In this document: positions 61,149 to 64,000 of the stretch, piece by piece
How positions within the stretch are numbered: position 1 is the first letter of the stretch
Layout of the letters: each line of letters begins with the position of its first letter
Assembly: GCA_043228905.1 (NCBI GenBank)
Contig: JBHGNT010000003.1
Coordinates: 9,920,001 to 9,984,000 of the forward strand
Direction: 5' to 3'
DNA: 64,000 bases
DNA from: Azolla caroliniana
Taxonomy: Eukaryota > Plantae > Polypodiophyta
The notes under the pieces: generated by a model
Databases searched by the model: none
What the model was told of the DNA's origin: nothing
The model's input: the letters and a program-made list of their open reading frames with translations, nothing else
Translations under genes and position numbers: made by a program

Positions 61149-63924
61149 CTACATTATATTGCAACCTTCCTTCTTTAGCATATTATGGCATAACTTCTCT
61201 CCCATTTGAAGAGACTTTATGCCGGTCGCTAGAAGTTGCATCGCAGCAGCATTATCAAAAAGGTCTTTTTCTTCTGAAGAGCTTTCTATTAATGGCATTG
61301 GAAACATGATTCCATTACGAATCTTGATATTACACGAGTCGCAGGATTTTGAGCCATGTTTATATTCTACCTCCTGCATAAAACATTTGTGTCATGATTT
61401 GGCATTATTGTAGTTTTAATTGAATATTTCCATCACAAAACAATTTGATCTTTACATACATACAAAGAGAAATATTGTTAACATTTGATTGGAAGTTCAA
61501 TTCAATCACAAGCAATATGGAAGATAAGTTATTACTGTATAATACCTCAAGTAATGTCTTGATATCAACACCTTGTTTTTTTTGGCCTCCACAACGACCA
61601 CAAAATCTCGTGTTTTCAAGCCACTGAGACGGCCTTGCACTACAAGTTTGTCCCTTGAAAAACACGTTACATCTTGAACATTGCCAACAGAGACACCATT
61701 CACAAATAAAAGAATCAGCTTTAATTGTGTCTTTTATTAAGTGGGTTCCATCTTTAAGGAGATAGCTAGGGCTATCCTTGCAATGGGATTCTCCGCATAC
61801 CCGACACACAACTTGTTCCTACAATCATGTGTGAAAAAGGAATAGAAATCTTAAAATCTTTTTTTATTTTGTTTAAGTAACATGATTCACAAATAATGTG
61901 ATACTCTATTGAGTTATTTATTGATGCAAATTGATTTTTAATGGTAAAATGATAGCATGTAGAGAGTAGTCACCCCTAAACAATATTAATTTTCTAATGA
62001 TGTTAAACTGCGTTATTTTGATCCCTATCTCGTTTAGTTATTTTTGGCAAATTTCTTTTGCACTATCCCTAGATTTGTATATAATGAGTATAGAAAATGC
62101 GGCACTTCACTGCATTGCCAAAATACTTCATTGCAATTGTGGTGAATTGAAGGAAAATAAATGTCAACACCAATCTAGTCAATGATCACAATTATTTTTA
62201 CAACTACGAAGACCCAAAGACCCAATAAGGGTAGACCATTGAAAGGTGAGAGGTTTTTGTGCAATATGAAGACCCACTTTGTAGGAGAGTTTTTACCCCA
62301 TTTGAGTGGAAAAGTATTTGCAATATGGATACACAAGTAAAAGCCATAGTGGAACACCTAGCAATGTAGTTAAAATCCTATGATAAACATACTTCTACCC
62401 AAACATTTATCACTTTGGATACATCTTACTTTAGAGCATGTGGTGCACATGGTAGCAGTGTTGGAGGATTGACGTATTATAAACATGTGAAAGGCTTTCA
62501 CTAACACAAAGGCCATGTTCCAATTACACAGGTCATATCATATTTGGTGGAGTTTGTAAATGATGGTCCTTAGATTGTTAGTTTTAAGCTAAGCACTTAT
62601 TAACCTTGTGAAAAATATGGGCACGATAGGGCATACATGGTGACTACATATGGAACTCTACCCCCTCCACAACTAGTTTCAATAAGGGGTGTGGATACTT
62701 TTATGAGTTCAAGACCGATGCTAGGCTCATTAATATATCAACATGAAGCTAGCATCATGTAGACCCCCAATTGTCATTTGTGTGATAAAAATTAGGAGGG
62801 GTGGTAAGAGTCTATTAGACCATTCCACAACTTTCTTTATACACTCGATAACGGACGTAGGACGTAAACAAGTGAACGATAAATCCAAGTGTAGATCTAT
62901 CTAGGAACTTGTTCTATGAGAAAATTCGCGTGGGTAACTAATGACCAAAAACACTGTGAGTATGAATAGAAATCGGCGATGGTTCGGTCTAAGATTAACT
63001 GGTTTGGTCTTGTCCAAACCAAACCGGTTAAGCCTAAACCGGTTTAGGAGTTTCCAAACTTGAACCTAACCGGTTTGGACAAACCATGTAAGCCTAAACC
63101 GGTTTACCCAAGCCAATTAAGCCTTAACCAACTTGGAAACCGGTTTGACCCAATTCGGTTTGGTTCAACTTGAGCCATCCCAAACCGAGATCAAACCGGT
63201 TAAGGAAACTCAAGCCTAAACCGAACTGCAAAACTGTCTAGAGCGGTTTAACGGTTCAGTTTAGGTTTGAGTCGAGTCGTTGCCGAGTCCTAGGTATGAA
63301 GAGGGGAAATTAGAGGAGAGAAAGAAAGGTGGCATTTACCTTTGGGATGGAGGGTGTTTTGTTGAAGGTGGAATGGTGCATCATGAGGTTGTACATTTGG
63401 TACTCGTCGAGGAAGGTTTCATGGGGGTGCCGAAACGCCTTGGCGAAGAAGCAATCCTGGCACAAGTCGAACGTGGCGGGCGTCGAGGGTGAGCGTTGTT
63501 GCCAACAGGTGGTACAAGTGAAGCCGATCTTAAGGATACAAGTACCGCAATTGCGGCACGCGCGCCCCCCGCGGATGGCAAGAAGGTAAAAGAGGGTGAT
63601 ACATTCATGGAAGTTTAGGGTTCCATTGCCATCGGAGTCGAGCGCATGCATGAGCATCTCAGCAGGGGTAGAAGCTTGTGCTAGTCGCTTGTAAGCTTGG
63701 GAGGCTTTAAGTTCATCAAGCGAGATGTTGCCATTGCCATCGCGGTCCATGGATCGGAACGTCTCGGAGGCTTGTGCTTGGAAGACGGGGGGTTGGGATG
63801 AGTACCATGCGAGCGCGAGCATGGTCGCTTCCTCGATGAACCTCACGTTTAAGGTGTTGATGGGGCCAAAGGCATGTGAGAAGCCCGCCCCAAGGCCAGG
63901 TACCATAGCGGATCGGGCCGACAT
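61149..63924 (-). CDS. EF-hand calcium-binding protein with ZZ-like and extra Cys-rich zinc fingers and a C-terminal CaaX; exons 63340-63924, 61546-61818, 61149-61373 (about 360 aa)
   Basis: EF loops DRDGNGNISLDE and DSDGNGTLNFHE; CRNC...CTTC...DLCQDC...HPH; phase-0 GT-AG introns; ends in CNIM*. Confidence 0.75.
62985..63275. mobile_element. AAACCGGTT-rich MITE-like insertion in the intron
   Basis: Many AACCGGTT palindromic motifs, similar in style to 29.5-30.5 kb. Confidence 0.5.
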
Positions 63925-64000
63925 ACCTGGCTAGGGACGGCGCTAAGTGGAAGCACACACGCACACACAAAGACACAAAGACAAGGCACAGAGAGTGAGG

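Overview
Eukaryotic plant genomic DNA, most likely a fern or other non-seed land plant (inferred from the PPR style and TE families). Well over half is nested transposable-element sequence. Host genes: two convergent paralogous PLS-E class PPR genes (23.9-29.4 kb), a 7-exon AP-5 mu subunit gene (35.0-40.6 kb, minus), and a 3-exon gene with EF-hands, Cys-rich zinc fingers and a CaaX end (61.1-63.9 kb, minus). TEs: an intact young Ty1/Copia (17634-22978); three degraded copies of a second Copia family; other Copia and LINE remnants; and several members of an atypical Ty3/Gypsy group with a tRNA-Trp PBS and 4-bp TSDs. That group includes a full-length copy with apparently identical LTRs and a predicted -1 frameshift pseudoknot (51070-58514) and a Gag-only non-autonomous relative (11801-16570). 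Two of its LTR families carry an antisense tRNA-like A-box/B-box cassette. At 4.2-7.3 kb lies a remnant of a probable Sola-like DNA transposon with two divergent genes and an intronic palindrome array. All coordinates and comparisons were made by eye; no searches were run.
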